DNA of 64,000 nt from Octopus sinensis. Taxonomy: Eukaryota. A program made the position numbers and the translations under genes. Positions 36,952 to 49,692 of this stretch are shown here, in pieces (position 1 is the first letter of the stretch; each line of letters starts with the position of its first letter). The notes beneath the pieces were generated by a model. That model made no database searches. It worked only from the letters and a program-made list of their open reading frames with translations, and was not told where the DNA came from. The stretch lies in assembly GCF_006345805.1 (NCBI RefSeq), contig NC_043003.1, forward strand, positions 46,934,001-46,998,000, read 5' to 3'.

Positions 36952-37050
36952 ATGTGTGTGCGTGCGTGCGTGTTTGTGTTTGTCCCCAACCACCGCTTGA
37001 CAACCGGTGTTGGTGTGTTTACATCGCCGAAAGAGACCGATAGAACAAGT
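36533..37050 (+). mobile_element. Two partial SINE-B copies in tandem
   Basis: 36533-36780 and 36789-37050. Confidence 0.75.
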
Positions 37051-37325
37051 TCAACGGAACAGCTTGCTCGTAAAATTAACGTGCAAGAGGTTGAGCACTC
37101 CACAGACACGTGTACCCTTAACGTAGTTCTCAGAGAGGTTCAGCGTGACACAGAGTGTGACAAGGCTAGCCCTTTGAAATACAGGTACAACTCATTTTTG
37201 CCAGCTATGTGGACTGGAGCAACATGAAATAAAGTGTCTTGCTCAAGGACACAATGCGTCTCCGGGGATTGAACTCCCGACCTTACGATCGTAAGCCGAA
37301 TGCCCTAACCACTAAGCCACGCACC
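37051..37325 (-). mobile_element. SINE with D head + middle module
   Basis: Head contains CTTACGATC; middle GAGCACTCCACAGACACGTGTACCCTTAACG shared with 11915-11950. Confidence 0.85.
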
Positions 37326-38043
37326 TTCACTAACAGAACAAGTACCAGGCTTGAAATAGAAAAAGATACCGGGGTTGATCCATTCAACAAAAATATTCCT
37401 CAAGGTGGTGTCCCAGCATGACCGCAGTCTGATGACTGAAACAAGTGAAAGATATAATATGACCACTCCCCTACGTACATGTGAAGAAACACACTACACA
37501 AAAGACAGCCACTCCTACTACCAAATACTTCCTACAACAGTAAGCGACACAAAGTTCACTCACACATACGCAGCCAAAACCACACACACAAACACACAAA
37601 CACACACACACACAACACATACACATAAAACGGGATCAAATGTGGTCGTATCATACAGGAAATACAATCGCACGCGATCCCATTCTTAAAGAGTTAGACA
37701 AACCATTTATACATGCAGCACAATAGAACATAAAGGATTGACAACAAGTCACTGTTTGAGAGGCAAGATAAGATTTTATTTACAATGAAGTTAAGGTTGG
37801 AATTGTATGGGAGCATGCAACACGTGTTTGTGTCTGTGTGTTAGTGTGTGACAGAACAATGAATGTGGTTGACATAGAAAAGTACCTGATGGTGGAAGAT
37901 AGCAGTCTTTGGTTGTTGAGCGTACCTTGGCATAGTGGTTAAGGAACCATTGTATCATTTTGTTGTTTAGCACTGTCTCTGAAGCTAGTTCTTACAAGAA
38001 CTAAAGACAGGTAATTGATTTACTGTTTATGAGGCACACGAGG

Positions 38044-38771
38044 TGTAAGCGTTCAATATCAAGATGTTGTGTCTCGGAGCTGAGATTAGTTGAATCGCTT
38101 GTTGCGTTTATCTTTCTCTTGATATGAATATACTTCCAGATATGTTAACAGTAGCCGTTTTTTCCGTGGTGAGATTTCACCTAACCGCTATAGTTGAATC
38201 TGTGATAGTCTTGTATACTATTTAAACTTCGTAGCTAGGGACGATGTTTGCTTGGTTTTTGTTCCTCTTGATATAGATTCCTGCAACTGTTTTTCCGTGG
38301 TGTGGTTTTCACACAAACAGTATGAGTTGGTTTTGTAGCCATCTTATGTACGAGCTAAATCTTCGTAGGTAGCGACGGAGTTGGTGATGCCGTTATGTCT
38401 GGTTATATGGTCTCCGACCAAGACCTTAGAAGGTCTTAAGCCGACAGACGAAAAGTGTCTGAAAGCTCTCCTTTTTATATTGTTTGGCTGGCTCAAACGA
38501 ACCTCAGAAATGGGATCTTGATCCAAGGCTGTGATTGGCTGTTTAGCGACAGTGGCGCGAAAATAAGTTGAGACAATTCGTGTCACGTGGCGCGGACTAT
38601 GTAGAGACCACGTTTCAACTGCCAACCAATCTGCTTAGTGTTTACAACAGCGTTAAACCAGCCAAAGATGTTTGTTATCTCAAACGAGATCATTCTTTTT
38701 GCTTTCCTCCAACAGTGAAGATAGCAATGGAGAAGCGATATTGCTACACACACATCCCTCCTTCTCTTACA
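38044..38771 (-). promoter_or_regulatory. Candidate solo LTR or Pol II promoter
   Basis: TGTAAG...CTTACA termini; minus-strand AGCCAATCAC (38531-38540) ~55 bp upstream of TATAAAAA (38472-38479); no TSD found. Confidence 0.35.
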
Positions 38772-39250
38772 CCCTCCTGTCTTAGAAAGAACTTTTTCTT
38801 CACCCATTCCCTTTCGGTCATTTCAAAATGTAACCACATGTGAATCGTTGACGATTTTCTTCATCCGCCTTCCTTTCTATTGGACTTTCCTCTGTTTCCA
38901 AAGAAGAGCATCTGCTCGAAACTTTAAACCATCTGTCTTTCATTTCCTAAGCGTCTGCTAATACATTACATGTACCACGTCCTCGCGTTGTTGTTTTTCT
39001 TTTGTGTTTGTTCTTTTTGGATTTACTATGTATACATATATATATACATACACAGATGAATAACAGCAAATGTAACATATGCGTATATAAAACTAATTAT
39101 ACATATACTCGTCATTAGAAAATAAATACACAACACTGAAAAAATATATAGTAACATCGGGTGAAAGTTCAACATTGCCAGATCTCACAATACTTCCCAC
39201 AAAGTGACATGTGCGCATACATTGAAAACACAGACACTCGCGTCTGCGCC

Positions 39251-39253
<3 letters not shown>

Positions 39254-39289
<36 letters not shown>

Positions 39290-39392
39290 ACACACATACA
39301 TACATACATACATACATACATACATACATACATACATACATACATACATACATACATACATACATACATACATACATACATACATACATACA
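39254..39392. repeat. (CA)n + (CATA)n microsatellite
   Basis: Directly visible. Confidence 0.97.
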
Positions 39393-39441
39393 TTCATAAA
39401 TACACACAACCATGCACATATACAGTGATACATACTACAAA

Positions 39442-39826
39442 TAGTCGTGGCCAAAAGTTTGGAACATAGGTCTGAAAATTAAAATTTTTGTATTAAATGC
39501 CCAAATATGTACCTTGTACAATAACTCCTCGACAATCGCGGGTGTTACGTTCCAAAACCCCATCACGAGAGGTCAAAATCTGCGAAGTAGAAACAGCACA
39601 GTACTGTATTTACTTTTTTATGATTTATATATATTTATTTTATTATAAATGCAAAACAACTCCACGGAGGGCTCGACGTAAGCTTAAATAATAAACAGCG
39701 GTAGGCGAACCGCGATAGGTGAACCGCGATATGGCAAGGGATTGCTGTAGATATTTGAATCGAGTTGTATTTGGAGCTTAAGAATTTTAATCTTTAAAAA
39801 ATGTTCCAAACTTCTGGCTACGACTG
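39442..39826. mobile_element. Tc1-type MITE (outer)
   Basis: 26-bp TIRs at 39442-39467 and 39801-39826, 23/26 identical; TA at right end. Confidence 0.85.
39519..39747. mobile_element. pogo/Tigger-like MITE nested in the Tc1 MITE
   Basis: TA on both sides; imperfect TIRs CAATAACTCCTCGACAATCGCGG / CAGCAATCCCTTGCCATATCGCGG. Confidence 0.75.
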
Positions 39827-40984
39827 TATATTAATACATACATAGTAAACCATTTAATATTATTATCGCCTCACTCCTACACTACATACAAAATACTTTT
39901 AAAAACTCTAGGATAGTTTTTATTTATATATATATATTATAATAAGATATATATATATATCTACACATACACACTGCGGAACTGGCTGCTTCTACAGTTC
40001 CACTCACACACACACACACACCACACACACACACACATGCACGAAGGAAGGAAATGAAGAAGGAAGGAAGGAAGGAAACTAGTAGGTTCTTTAGTTGTTC
40101 CAATTTCATTCCTCACTTGTGTTTTGAAATTCTTCCCTCTGACTTCTGTGTGGTGTTTTAAGAGGAATTCAATCACTACGAGAGAGGGACAGGAGGAAGT
40201 AAAACGGCTGAGAAAGAGAGGGGGAGGGAGAGAGGGAGGCATGAAGTAGTAAGGCAAGAGAAAGTGTATATTTGTGTTAGTGTGAGTGTGAGTGTGGTAG
40301 AGATAGAGAGAGGAAGAGAGAATAAGAGAGATAATAAAAGGGAGTGATATATAAAGTGTGTGTATGTATGTGTGTGTGTGAGAGAGAGAGAGAGAAAGGA
40401 GGGTGTTTGTATGGAAGAGGGAGAGTGAGAGTATGCGAATGTTTGCGTGAGCGACCACGTTTGTTTTAATGTGTGTGTGTGTGTGTGCGTGTGTATATTT
40501 GTATGCGAGGAAAGATAATGTTGTGAAGGATATGGGTGTGTATGTGTACCACGTATGCGTGTGAGTTAATGAGACAGTGATAAAAAAAAGAGAAAGAAAT
40601 AGAAAGAGAGAGGGATAGACCGTGAAACAGAGAGGGAGAATGACAGAGAGAGAGAGAGAGAGAGAGAGACGTGTGTAGTTGGCGTAGACGGAGGGGAGAG
40701 TGAAAATACAAGCAGACAGACAGTCTGTTGTGTACAGCGAGAGTTTAAGACAGTCTCTTGTGTATAAACTCGAATTAAAACAGTATGTTTAGATACAGTT
40801 GTATACGCGTGTGTGTAAGTGTATAGCTGAAGTTAAGACAGTGATATATATTTATATATATATATATATAAATCGTAAATCGTACAGTTGAGACAAGGTT
40901 CTGTGTATTTGGAGTTAAAGACACACATCTGTGTGTATACAGGTGGAGTTTAAGAGACAAATCGTATGTTTCGATCAGTTCACA

Positions 40985-41066
40985 ATGAATGGATTAAATA
41001 CTTCCCCGGATATAAACGCAGACGACCCTCCTAAAATACATGTTGATGAGGATGATCCCGTTGCTG
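40985..41066 (+). CDS. Candidate first coding exon of an unidentified host gene (MNGLNTSPDINADDPPKIHVDEDDPVA)
   Basis: Non-repetitive sequence, ACAATG start, phase-1 donor G|GTATGT at 41067, possible acceptor TTTCGATCAG at 40978; no further exon found. Confidence 0.3.
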
Positions 41067-41122
41067 GTATGTCACACTGATCTTTTATACACCCTTCTTT
41101 TTATCCCATATTATTATGATTA

Positions 41123-41154
<32 letters not shown>

Positions 41155-41292
41155 TGGAGTTTTACACGGTTTTTTGTAAACGGTCAAAACCCTTTGTAAC
41201 TTTCGTCCTGTGTTTTGTCCCTTTATGTTTTAATTAATTTTTGTCAGCCCTTGTGGCCAATAAACGAATTAATTATTATTATTATTATTGAA

Positions 41293-41695
41293 CGCAGGAG
41301 TGGCTGTGTGGTAAGTAGCTTGCTAACCAACCACATGGTCCCGGGTTCAGTCCCACTGCGTGGCATCTTGGGCAAGTGTCTTCTGCTATAGCCCCGGGCC
41401 GACCAATGCCTTGTGAGTGAATTTGGTAGACGGAAACTGAAAAAGCCTGTCGTATATATGTATATATGTATTTGTGTGTCTGTGTTTGTCCCCCTAGCAT
41501 TGCTTGACAACCGATGCTGGTGTGTTTACGTCCCCGTCACCTAGCGGTTCGGCAAAAGAGACCGATAGAATAAGTACTGGGCTTACAAAGAATAAGTCCT
41601 GGGGTCGATTTGCTCGACTAAAGGCGGTGCTCCAGCATGGCCGCAGTCAAATGACTGAAACAAGTAAAAGAGTAAAAGAGTAAGAGAGTAAGAGA
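41293..41695 (+). mobile_element. Young SINE-B
   Basis: Diagnostics CATCTTGGG, CTGCTATAGCCCCGGG, AATGCC shared with 47407-47828 and nearly with 42055-42381. Confidence 0.95.
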
Positions 41696-42054
41696 ATAAC
41701 GTGGAGAGACAAGTGTTGTCTTCTAGCCAGTTTGTTGAAAGGTGGGATGAAAGTGGTGCGAAAATGGTGCGAAAGAACGGGCCTGTCCTAAGCATACGCC
41801 TGTAGATGGAGAAAAGGGAAGGAAAAAAGGCACCTGCCCCCAAGAGTCAGGGTACCAGTAGTTTTCATGGGATTTTTCCATGAGCAACCCTCAAACGTCT
41901 CCTTCCTATTGAGAATTACACGTTATTGAATTTTTTTTTTTCCAGTGTTGAAGTTGTTTACACGCAAAACCCTCACAACATACACACACACCACACACAC
42001 ACACACCACACACACAACACACACACACACACACACATTCCTTATTTTGTCCTG

Positions 42055-42381
42055 TACTCTCTCTTTTACTTGTTTCAGTCATTTGACTGCGGCCATGCTG
42101 GAGCACAGCCTTTAGTCGAGCAAATCGACCCCGGGACTTATTCTTTTTTGTAAGCCCAGTACTTATTCTATCGGTCTCTTTTGCCGAACCGCTAAGTGAC
42201 GGGGACGTAAACACACCAGCATCGGTTATCAAGCAACGCTAGGGGGACAAACACACAAACACACACATATATATATACATATATACGACAGGCTTCTTTC
42301 AGTTTCCGTCTACCAAATCCACTCACAAGGCATTGGTCGGCCCGGGGCTATAGCGGAAGACACTTGCCCAAGATGCCACGT
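42055..42381 (-). mobile_element. Young SINE-B, 5'-truncated
   Basis: Reverse complement with the same diagnostics. Confidence 0.92.
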
Positions 42382-42424
42382 TCATGTTTTTCTTAATGTA
42401 AACACTTTGTGGTAAATAATTAAA

Positions 42425-43015
<591 letters not shown>

Positions 43016-43017
<2 letters not shown>

Positions 43018-43217
43018 GGTGGCGAGCTGGCAGAATCGTTTGCACAGAGGGAGAAGTGCTTAGCGGTATTTTGTCTGCCGCTACGTTCAAATTTCGCCGA
43101 GGTCGACTTTGCTTTACGTCCTTCGGAGTCGATTAAATAGGTACCAGTTACGTACTGAGGTTGATGTAATCAACTTAATCCCCTCCCCCAAGCTGCCCTT
43201 ATGACAAAAATTTGAAA

Positions 43218-43220
<3 letters not shown>
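43016..43220 (+). mobile_element. SINE-A between (ATT)n tracts
   Basis: AAGGTGGCGAGCTGGCAGAATCG head and body. Confidence 0.85.
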
Positions 43221-43252
<32 letters not shown>

Positions 43253-43257
43253 GTGAA

Positions 43258-43590
43258 GGCGCATGGCTCAGTGGTTAGAGCGTCGAGCTTACGATCGTGA
43301 GGTTGTGAGCTCGAATCCCGGACCGGGCTGCGTGTTGTGTTCTTGAGCAAAACACTTTATTTCACGTTGCTCCAGTTCACTCAGCTGTAGAAATGAGTTG
43401 CGACGTCACTGGTGCCAAGCTGTATCGACCTTTGTCTTTCCCTTGGATAACACTGGTGGCGTGGAGAGGGGAGGCTGGTATGCATGGGCGACTGCTGGTC
43501 TTCCATAAACAACCTCGCCCGGACTTGTGTCTAGGAGGGTAACTTTCTAGGTGCAATCCCATGGTCTGTGTCGTGACCGAAGGGGGTCTC
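43258..43590 (+). mobile_element. SINE-D full-length (tRNA-Arg-like head)
   Basis: TGGCTCAGTGGTTAGAGCGTCGAGCTTACGATC...GAGCTCGAATCCC; ACG at the anticodon-like position. Confidence 0.9.
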
Positions 43591-43927
43591 CGAATTATTA
43601 TTATTATTAATATTATTATTATTATTATCATCATTATCATCATCATCATTATTATAATTATTATTATTTATTAATATCGGTTACTTGGACTAAATGTTCC
43701 AGTACTTCATGAAAAAGAAATGGTTTCGGAAGGTGGCGATGATTGTAGTGGTAGGGAGGACAAAAAGTATTTACAATTTGAAAATCTGGAAATTTCATTT
43801 TTCAATTTTAAGAATTGCAATTTCCGTTTTATGAAAGACAGGAATACCCGAAACAAAACAAAAGAAAATCTAAGCGTTTCCTTTTCTTTGAGGTATGGGG
43901 TACCTCATTCGAAATTCTACCGAAATT

Positions 43928-43959
<32 letters not shown>

Positions 43960-44226
43960 TGTCGTCGTCGTCGCTGTCGTCCTCATTATTGTCGTCATCG
44001 TCGTCGTCGTCGTAGCTGAAAGTTTTCTCTATTGTGTTTTCTTTATTTACTTTTTTTTAAAACTTTTTTTTGTCGACTTATATCCACTGAAGAGATTTAC
44101 TCATGTCCGGCATTATTATTACACAACAAACAACTCAGCAACGTGAATAGGATCTGATTTAGAAAGCCTGTTACATCTAGTGGTCATTCGAATTGCTAGA
44201 AACAGCAGCCAAATTTCCGGTATATC

Positions 44227-44625
44227 CTTTTCTACTCTTGGCACAAGGCCCAAAATTTTGAGGGAGCGGGGCCAGTCGATTACATGAGCCCCAGCACGCT
44301 AGTGGTACTTAATTTGTCGACCCCGAAAGGATGAAAGGCAAAGTCGACCTTGGAGGAATTTGAACTCAGAACATAAAGACAGACGAAATACCTATTTCTT
44401 TACTACCCACAAGGAGCTAAACACAGAGGGGACAAATAAGGACAGACAAACGGATTATGTCGATTATATCGACCCCAGTGCGTAACTGGTACTTATTTAA
44501 TCGACCCCGAAAGGATGAAAGGCAAAGTCGACCTCGGCGGAATTTGAACTCAGAACGTAACGGCAGACGAAATACGGCTACGCATTTCGCCCGGCGTGCT
44601 AACGCTTCTGCCAGCTCGCCGCCTT
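44227..44625 (-). mobile_element. SINE-A with extra 184-bp young module (44392-44575)
   Basis: Junction AAAGAAATAG|GTATTTC; outer 17-bp TSD with 2 mismatches (44210-44226 / 44626-44642). Confidence 0.9.
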
Positions 44626-45004
44626 CAAATTTCTAGTATATCACACTGGTTCACTTCTTTTTATGACATAATGAATTTCTGTAAATTTAATTACATTACT
44701 CCTAAAATCAAGAAGGAATCGTCGTGGCTGAAATGCCTTTGAGAATATCTCTGCTCGATTAGACTTATCTGAGGTTAGAGAACAACAGCAACAACAATAA
44801 TAGTAATCATTATAAAGGGTCCAAATAAATTCTAATTATTAAACAATATTAAACTTAGAAGTTACAATTCCGTTTTCATTCTGGTTTACAATTAAGTTTA
44901 CTTTTGACACATTCTACCAGTATACGAAGTTTCAAATTGTTTGGTTCAGTAGGAAAAATTTGGAAAAACTGGCTTCACAAATGAAAAGATTCAATATTCC
45001 TAAT

Positions 45005-45490
45005 GTTTGACTGGTACTGTATTTTATCGATCGCGAAAGGATCAAAAGTTGACTTCAGCGGGATTCGAACTCAGAACGTAGAACACCAGAAGAAATACCA
45101 CTTGGCACTTTGTCTCTTTCTCGCAAACGATTTTGCCTGCGAGTTGTCTCACAAAAACAATAGTCTTTTGTACTACAGGCGCGAGGCCTGATATTTTGGA
45201 GGAGGACGGGAAAGCTGGTCGATAACAACGATTCCAGTACATGACCAGTTCTTATTATATCTACCCCGGAAGAATGACAGGTGAAGTCGACCTCGGCTGA
45301 ATTTGATCACAGAACTTAAAGCCAGAAGAAATGTGGTTTAGCGTTTTGTCCGGCATGCTAACGATTTTGCTAGCTCGCCGCTTTTTTCTTTCTAATTTTG
45401 ACACGAGACTGACAAGTTGGAAGTGAGAAGGCAAACCGATGGCATCAACCCTAGTATTCGACTGCTACTTATTTTATCCACGCCGAAAAT
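45005..45490 (-). mobile_element. Cluster of three old SINE-A copies
   Basis: Diverged reverse-complement matches at ~45005-45120, 45160-45382, 45400-45490. Confidence 0.7.
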
Positions 45491-45642
45491 TTGAGGGTGA
45501 TTTGGTAGTTATTTTCAGCACGATGAACCACCACACAGAGACTCCGTTGGTGACTCGCCGACCGTGTGTGTAGTTGTTTATTAATTGCTTATGTACGACA
45601 GAGAGGTGGGGTAAATGAGAGAATGATTTTTTTTTTCTGTTA

Positions 45643-45912
45643 TCATCATCATCATTTAGCGTCCGCTTTCCATGCTAGCATGGGTTGGACGGGTCAACTG
45701 GGGTCTGTGAAGCTGGAAGGCTTCGTCAGGCCCAGTCAGATCTGGCAGTGTTTCTACGGCTGGATGCCCTTCCTAACGTCAACCACTCCGCGAGTGTAGT
45801 GGGTGTTTTTTTACGTGCCACCTGCACAGGTGCCAGACAGAGGTGGCAAACGGCCACGAACGGACGGTGCTTTTACGTGTCACCGGCACGGGGGCCAGCC
45901 GAGGCTGGCGGG
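45643..45912 (-). mobile_element. Retroposon with RTE-type 3' tail ending in (GAT)n
   Basis: Minus 3' end CCGTCCAACCCATGCTAGCATGGAAAGCGGACGCTAAATGATGATG; RTE assignment from recall. Confidence 0.65.
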
Positions 45913-46147
45913 TGTATATATTTCCTATGTGTTTATGCATGTGTATATTTCTATGTTTGTATTTATATACGTATCTGAGTGTATCCTTTAAAACATCCAT
46001 GCTTCCTGAAATTTGCCAATACCTGATATCCCCTCCATACACATGCACACATGTATATCATGACGCATACACTGTTCACTTTCCTGACTTTTGTACATAA
46101 TTCTGTGTACTATACATGCACCATGGATGAGTTGCTGTGCACCCGAG

Positions 46148-46164
46148 CACTATACACAATAATT

Positions 46165-46225
<61 letters not shown>

Positions 46226-46502
46226 CATCATTATATCTACATATGCCTGTGATTTTTGCGGGCATACATACATACATACATACATACATACATACATAAC
46301 TGCATGCATGCATGCATACATACATACGTACATACATACATACATACATACATACATAACTGCATGCATGCATAGATACATACGTACATACATACATACG
46401 TGTATGCATGCATACATACATACATACATACATACATACATACATACATACATACATACATACATACATAACTGCATGCATGCATGCATAGGTACATACA
46501 TG
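46148..46502. repeat. (ATT)n and (CATA)n microsatellites
   Basis: Directly visible. Confidence 0.95.
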
Positions 46503-47226
46503 TATATGAGTATGAGAGTAATTTTGTTTATGCGCGATCATATAATGAAACTAAGAAATAAAAATGTTTTTTTATTCAGCCGCTGGTCAAACCTAACCAA
46601 ACAAATATATACTCACAAGCATTCCATCTGTGACCATCCCATATTTTTTGAGGGATTTCAAACACTACATTATCAAATCATTTATGCACTTGTTGGGGTA
46701 ACTTGAGGGAGACTTAGTTGTTATTTCTACTAGATCGAGCGACAACGTAGAGCTTTCTTCAGTTGTAAAAATATGAAGAAACGCCGAGAAACAAAGCGAC
46801 ACTGTGAAAAGGCTCCAAGATGTGGCCGCAAAACTAAAAGGATATACAATACGGAGAGTAGAAAATACGCGTATGCGCATTTGTTAATCTGCATGTTTGA
46901 ATGACAGGCTGTGTATATGTATGTACATAATTGTCTATATACATACACAATTATACTTTGACATATCTATCTATCTACCTACACACCTATTTATCAATCT
47001 ATACATACATTCACCGGTGTTTGCGTTCTCGTAACATAGCGGTTCGACAAAAGAGTAAAACCCTTCTAGGCGGTGCCCTAGTATGGCCACAGTCAAATAA
47101 CGGAAACAAGTAGAAAAAAAAGATAAAATATATTTTGTGTATTGTAGAACTATAAACAATTTATAGCACAAAAATTCTAACTACAAAATTTCATATGGAC
47201 CCCGGTTAAGGACCAATGATTTAGAT

Positions 47227-47978
47227 CAGTGGTTCTCAACTGGAGTCCATATGGCTCCTGACGGTCTATATAAGATTTTGGGGATCCACACAACAAAATA
47301 ATAAACTGGGGATCCACAGCAGTACTATAAGGGCCCTGGAAAAAATTTTGCATTAGGTGTATGTATTGCAAGAAACAGCAAGGTTTATTTCTCTAACATT
47401 TTACAGGGCGCAGGAGTGGCTGTGTGGTAAGTAGCTTGCTAACCAACCACATGGTTCCGGGTTCAGTCCCACTGCGTGGCATCTTGGGCAAGTGTCTTCT
47501 GCTATAGCCCCGGGCCGACCAATGCCTTGTGAGTGGATTTGGTAGACGGAAACTGAAAGAAGCCTGTCGTATATATGTATATATATATATATATAAGTGT
47601 GTGTGTATATGTTTGTGTGTGTGTGTTTTTCCCCCTAGCATTGCTTGACAACCGATGCTGGTGTGTTTACGTCCTCGTCACATAGCGGTTCGGCAAAAGA
47701 GACCGATAGAATAAGTACTGGGCTTACAAAGAATAAGTCCTGGGGTCGATTTGCTCGACTAAAGGCGGTGCTCCAGCATGGCCGCAGTCAAATGACTGAA
47801 ACAAGTAAAAGAGTAAAAGAGTAAGAGTTCAGCCTACACAAATGAATGTGTGAAAGACAAACTAGGAAGTCTGAAAGAAGTTTCTATAAAACTAGTTTTT
47901 TAAACATCGAAGATCTATGGAGATCCACCAGAGTAAAATAGGGATCCATAGATAAAAAAAAATGGTTGAAAACCCCTG
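47227..47978. mobile_element. hAT/Charlie-like MITE interrupted by SINE-B
   Basis: TIRs CAGTGGTTCTCAAC / GTTGAAAACCCCTG; 8-bp flanks ATTTAGAT / GTTTAGAC fit an NTYTARAN-type target. Confidence 0.8.
47407..47828 (+). mobile_element. Young SINE-B nested in hAT MITE
   Basis: Near-identical to 41293-41695 outside the microsatellite. Confidence 0.95.
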
Positions 47979-48384
47979 GTTTAGACCTTCGGCTTTTTCT
48001 GTCGAAAGGGGCTTTTTAATCCAATATATTTACACATTGTTATTTATAGCTTCGATAACTACCGTTACTAAGAAATTACATGCGTGTGCGTAAGTGTTTG
48101 TGTGTGTGTGTGTGTGTTTAGCGTGCAGGGCACTCCTCCTGAGTTATTTTCCCTCAGCCATAAATGTTGATACTGATAATCAGCCTTATTCAATTCTTGT
48201 ATATAGTTTTACAAGTGTCACTTGCAAGCCAGAATCACCCGGCAATTTGTACCGGGCTTTCATTAATTGTTTTAAGTACTTATGTAATTGCGAGCAAACA
48301 CAGACATTCACTCGGGGAACTTCACTGAAAAATCGAGAATGTGGCAGATGGATGAGAGAGAAGTCTGCATATCCAACTGCGTAG

Positions 48385-48672
48385 ACGGGAGCAACGTGAA
48401 ATGAAGTGTTTTGCTTTAAAAAAAAAAAAAAAAAGGTAACGCACCGAACGACATAGGAATCGAAACCATGACCCTCTGATCGTGACGCTAAATCTCTAAC
48501 AACTAAGCCACGCACTGTCACTGACTGCAAAGTTGACGTCTACCAAATTCATTCACAAAATATTGGTCAGACAGTTGCTACGGCAGGAAACGCTTATCAA
48601 AGCTGCCGTGCACTGGGATTGAACCCGAAACAGTGTGGTTACGAAGTAAACTTCTTAACTTTACAGCCATCC
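48385..48672 (-). mobile_element. Old SINE-D head (48385-48515) and SINE-B head (48535-48672)
   Basis: Diverged reverse-complement matches. Confidence 0.7.
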
Positions 48673-49359
48673 CTATATGTATGTATGTATGTATGCATGT
48701 ATGTATGCATGCATGCATGCATACGTGTATGAATACCTATACATGTGTGTGTGTACACACAAACATATGTACGTATATATACGAACACATACATACGCAA
48801 ACACATACACATACAGATACACATGCATACACTGATAGCACACACACACGCACACACACATATGTATGTGTGCGTGTGTGCGTAAGGTTTTGCCTGAAAC
48901 CTAGACACTACGCTACATATGTATTTTATGTGTATTTGTCTGCGTGTGTGTGAGAGAGAGAGTGTGTGTATGTGTGTGTGCGTGCGTGCTTGTGTGTGTA
49001 TGTGTGTGTGTGTGTGTTTGTGTGAGCAACTGTACGTGTGAGTGTTTATGTATGCTATTTTGTATGTGTAGGTGGTCACACTGATCATTAATTTCCTATT
49101 TCCCACTTTTAGGAATCTTATATTTCCTGTTTACCGAAAACATCCCTACACACACACGCACACACGCACGCACATATACATGCATACATAAACATCTACA
49201 TACACATGCAAGCACACACATTTATATACATGTGCACACTCACACACACACACAGAGTCTAAAATGTCGAACTACACGCTCGTGAAACACGCTTATATGC
49301 ATCAACGCATGGTTGTGTACTCTTCTATTTTTCTTTATATTTACATATGTTCAGAGAGG

Positions 49360-49692
49360 CGCTGGTGTGGCTGTGTGGTAAGAAACTTGCTTCCCAACCA
49401 CATGGTTCCGGGTTCATTCCCACTGCGTGGCACCTTGGACAAGTGTCTTCTACTATAGCCTCGGGCGGACCAAAGCCTTGTGAGTGGATTTGGTAGACGG
49501 AAACTGAAAGAAGCCCGTCGCATATATGTATACCTCCAACATCACTTGACAACCGATGGTGGTGTGTGTATGTCCCCGTAACTTAGCGGTTCGGCAATAG
49601 AGACCGATACAATAAATCCTAGGCTTCCGAAGAATAAGTCCTGGGGTCGATATGCTCGACTAAAGGTGGTGCTCCAGCATGGCCGCAGTCAA
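49360..49692 (+). mobile_element. SINE-B with very short internal repeat
   Basis: Head joined to the 3' module through only ~15 bp of TA-like sequence. Confidence 0.9.

Noticed and set aside
43258-43330. tRNA-Arg gene (and tRNA-like heads of SINEs A-D generally)
   Set aside because: A/B boxes are present but acceptor and anticodon stems do not pair properly, and each head continues into a repeated SINE body.
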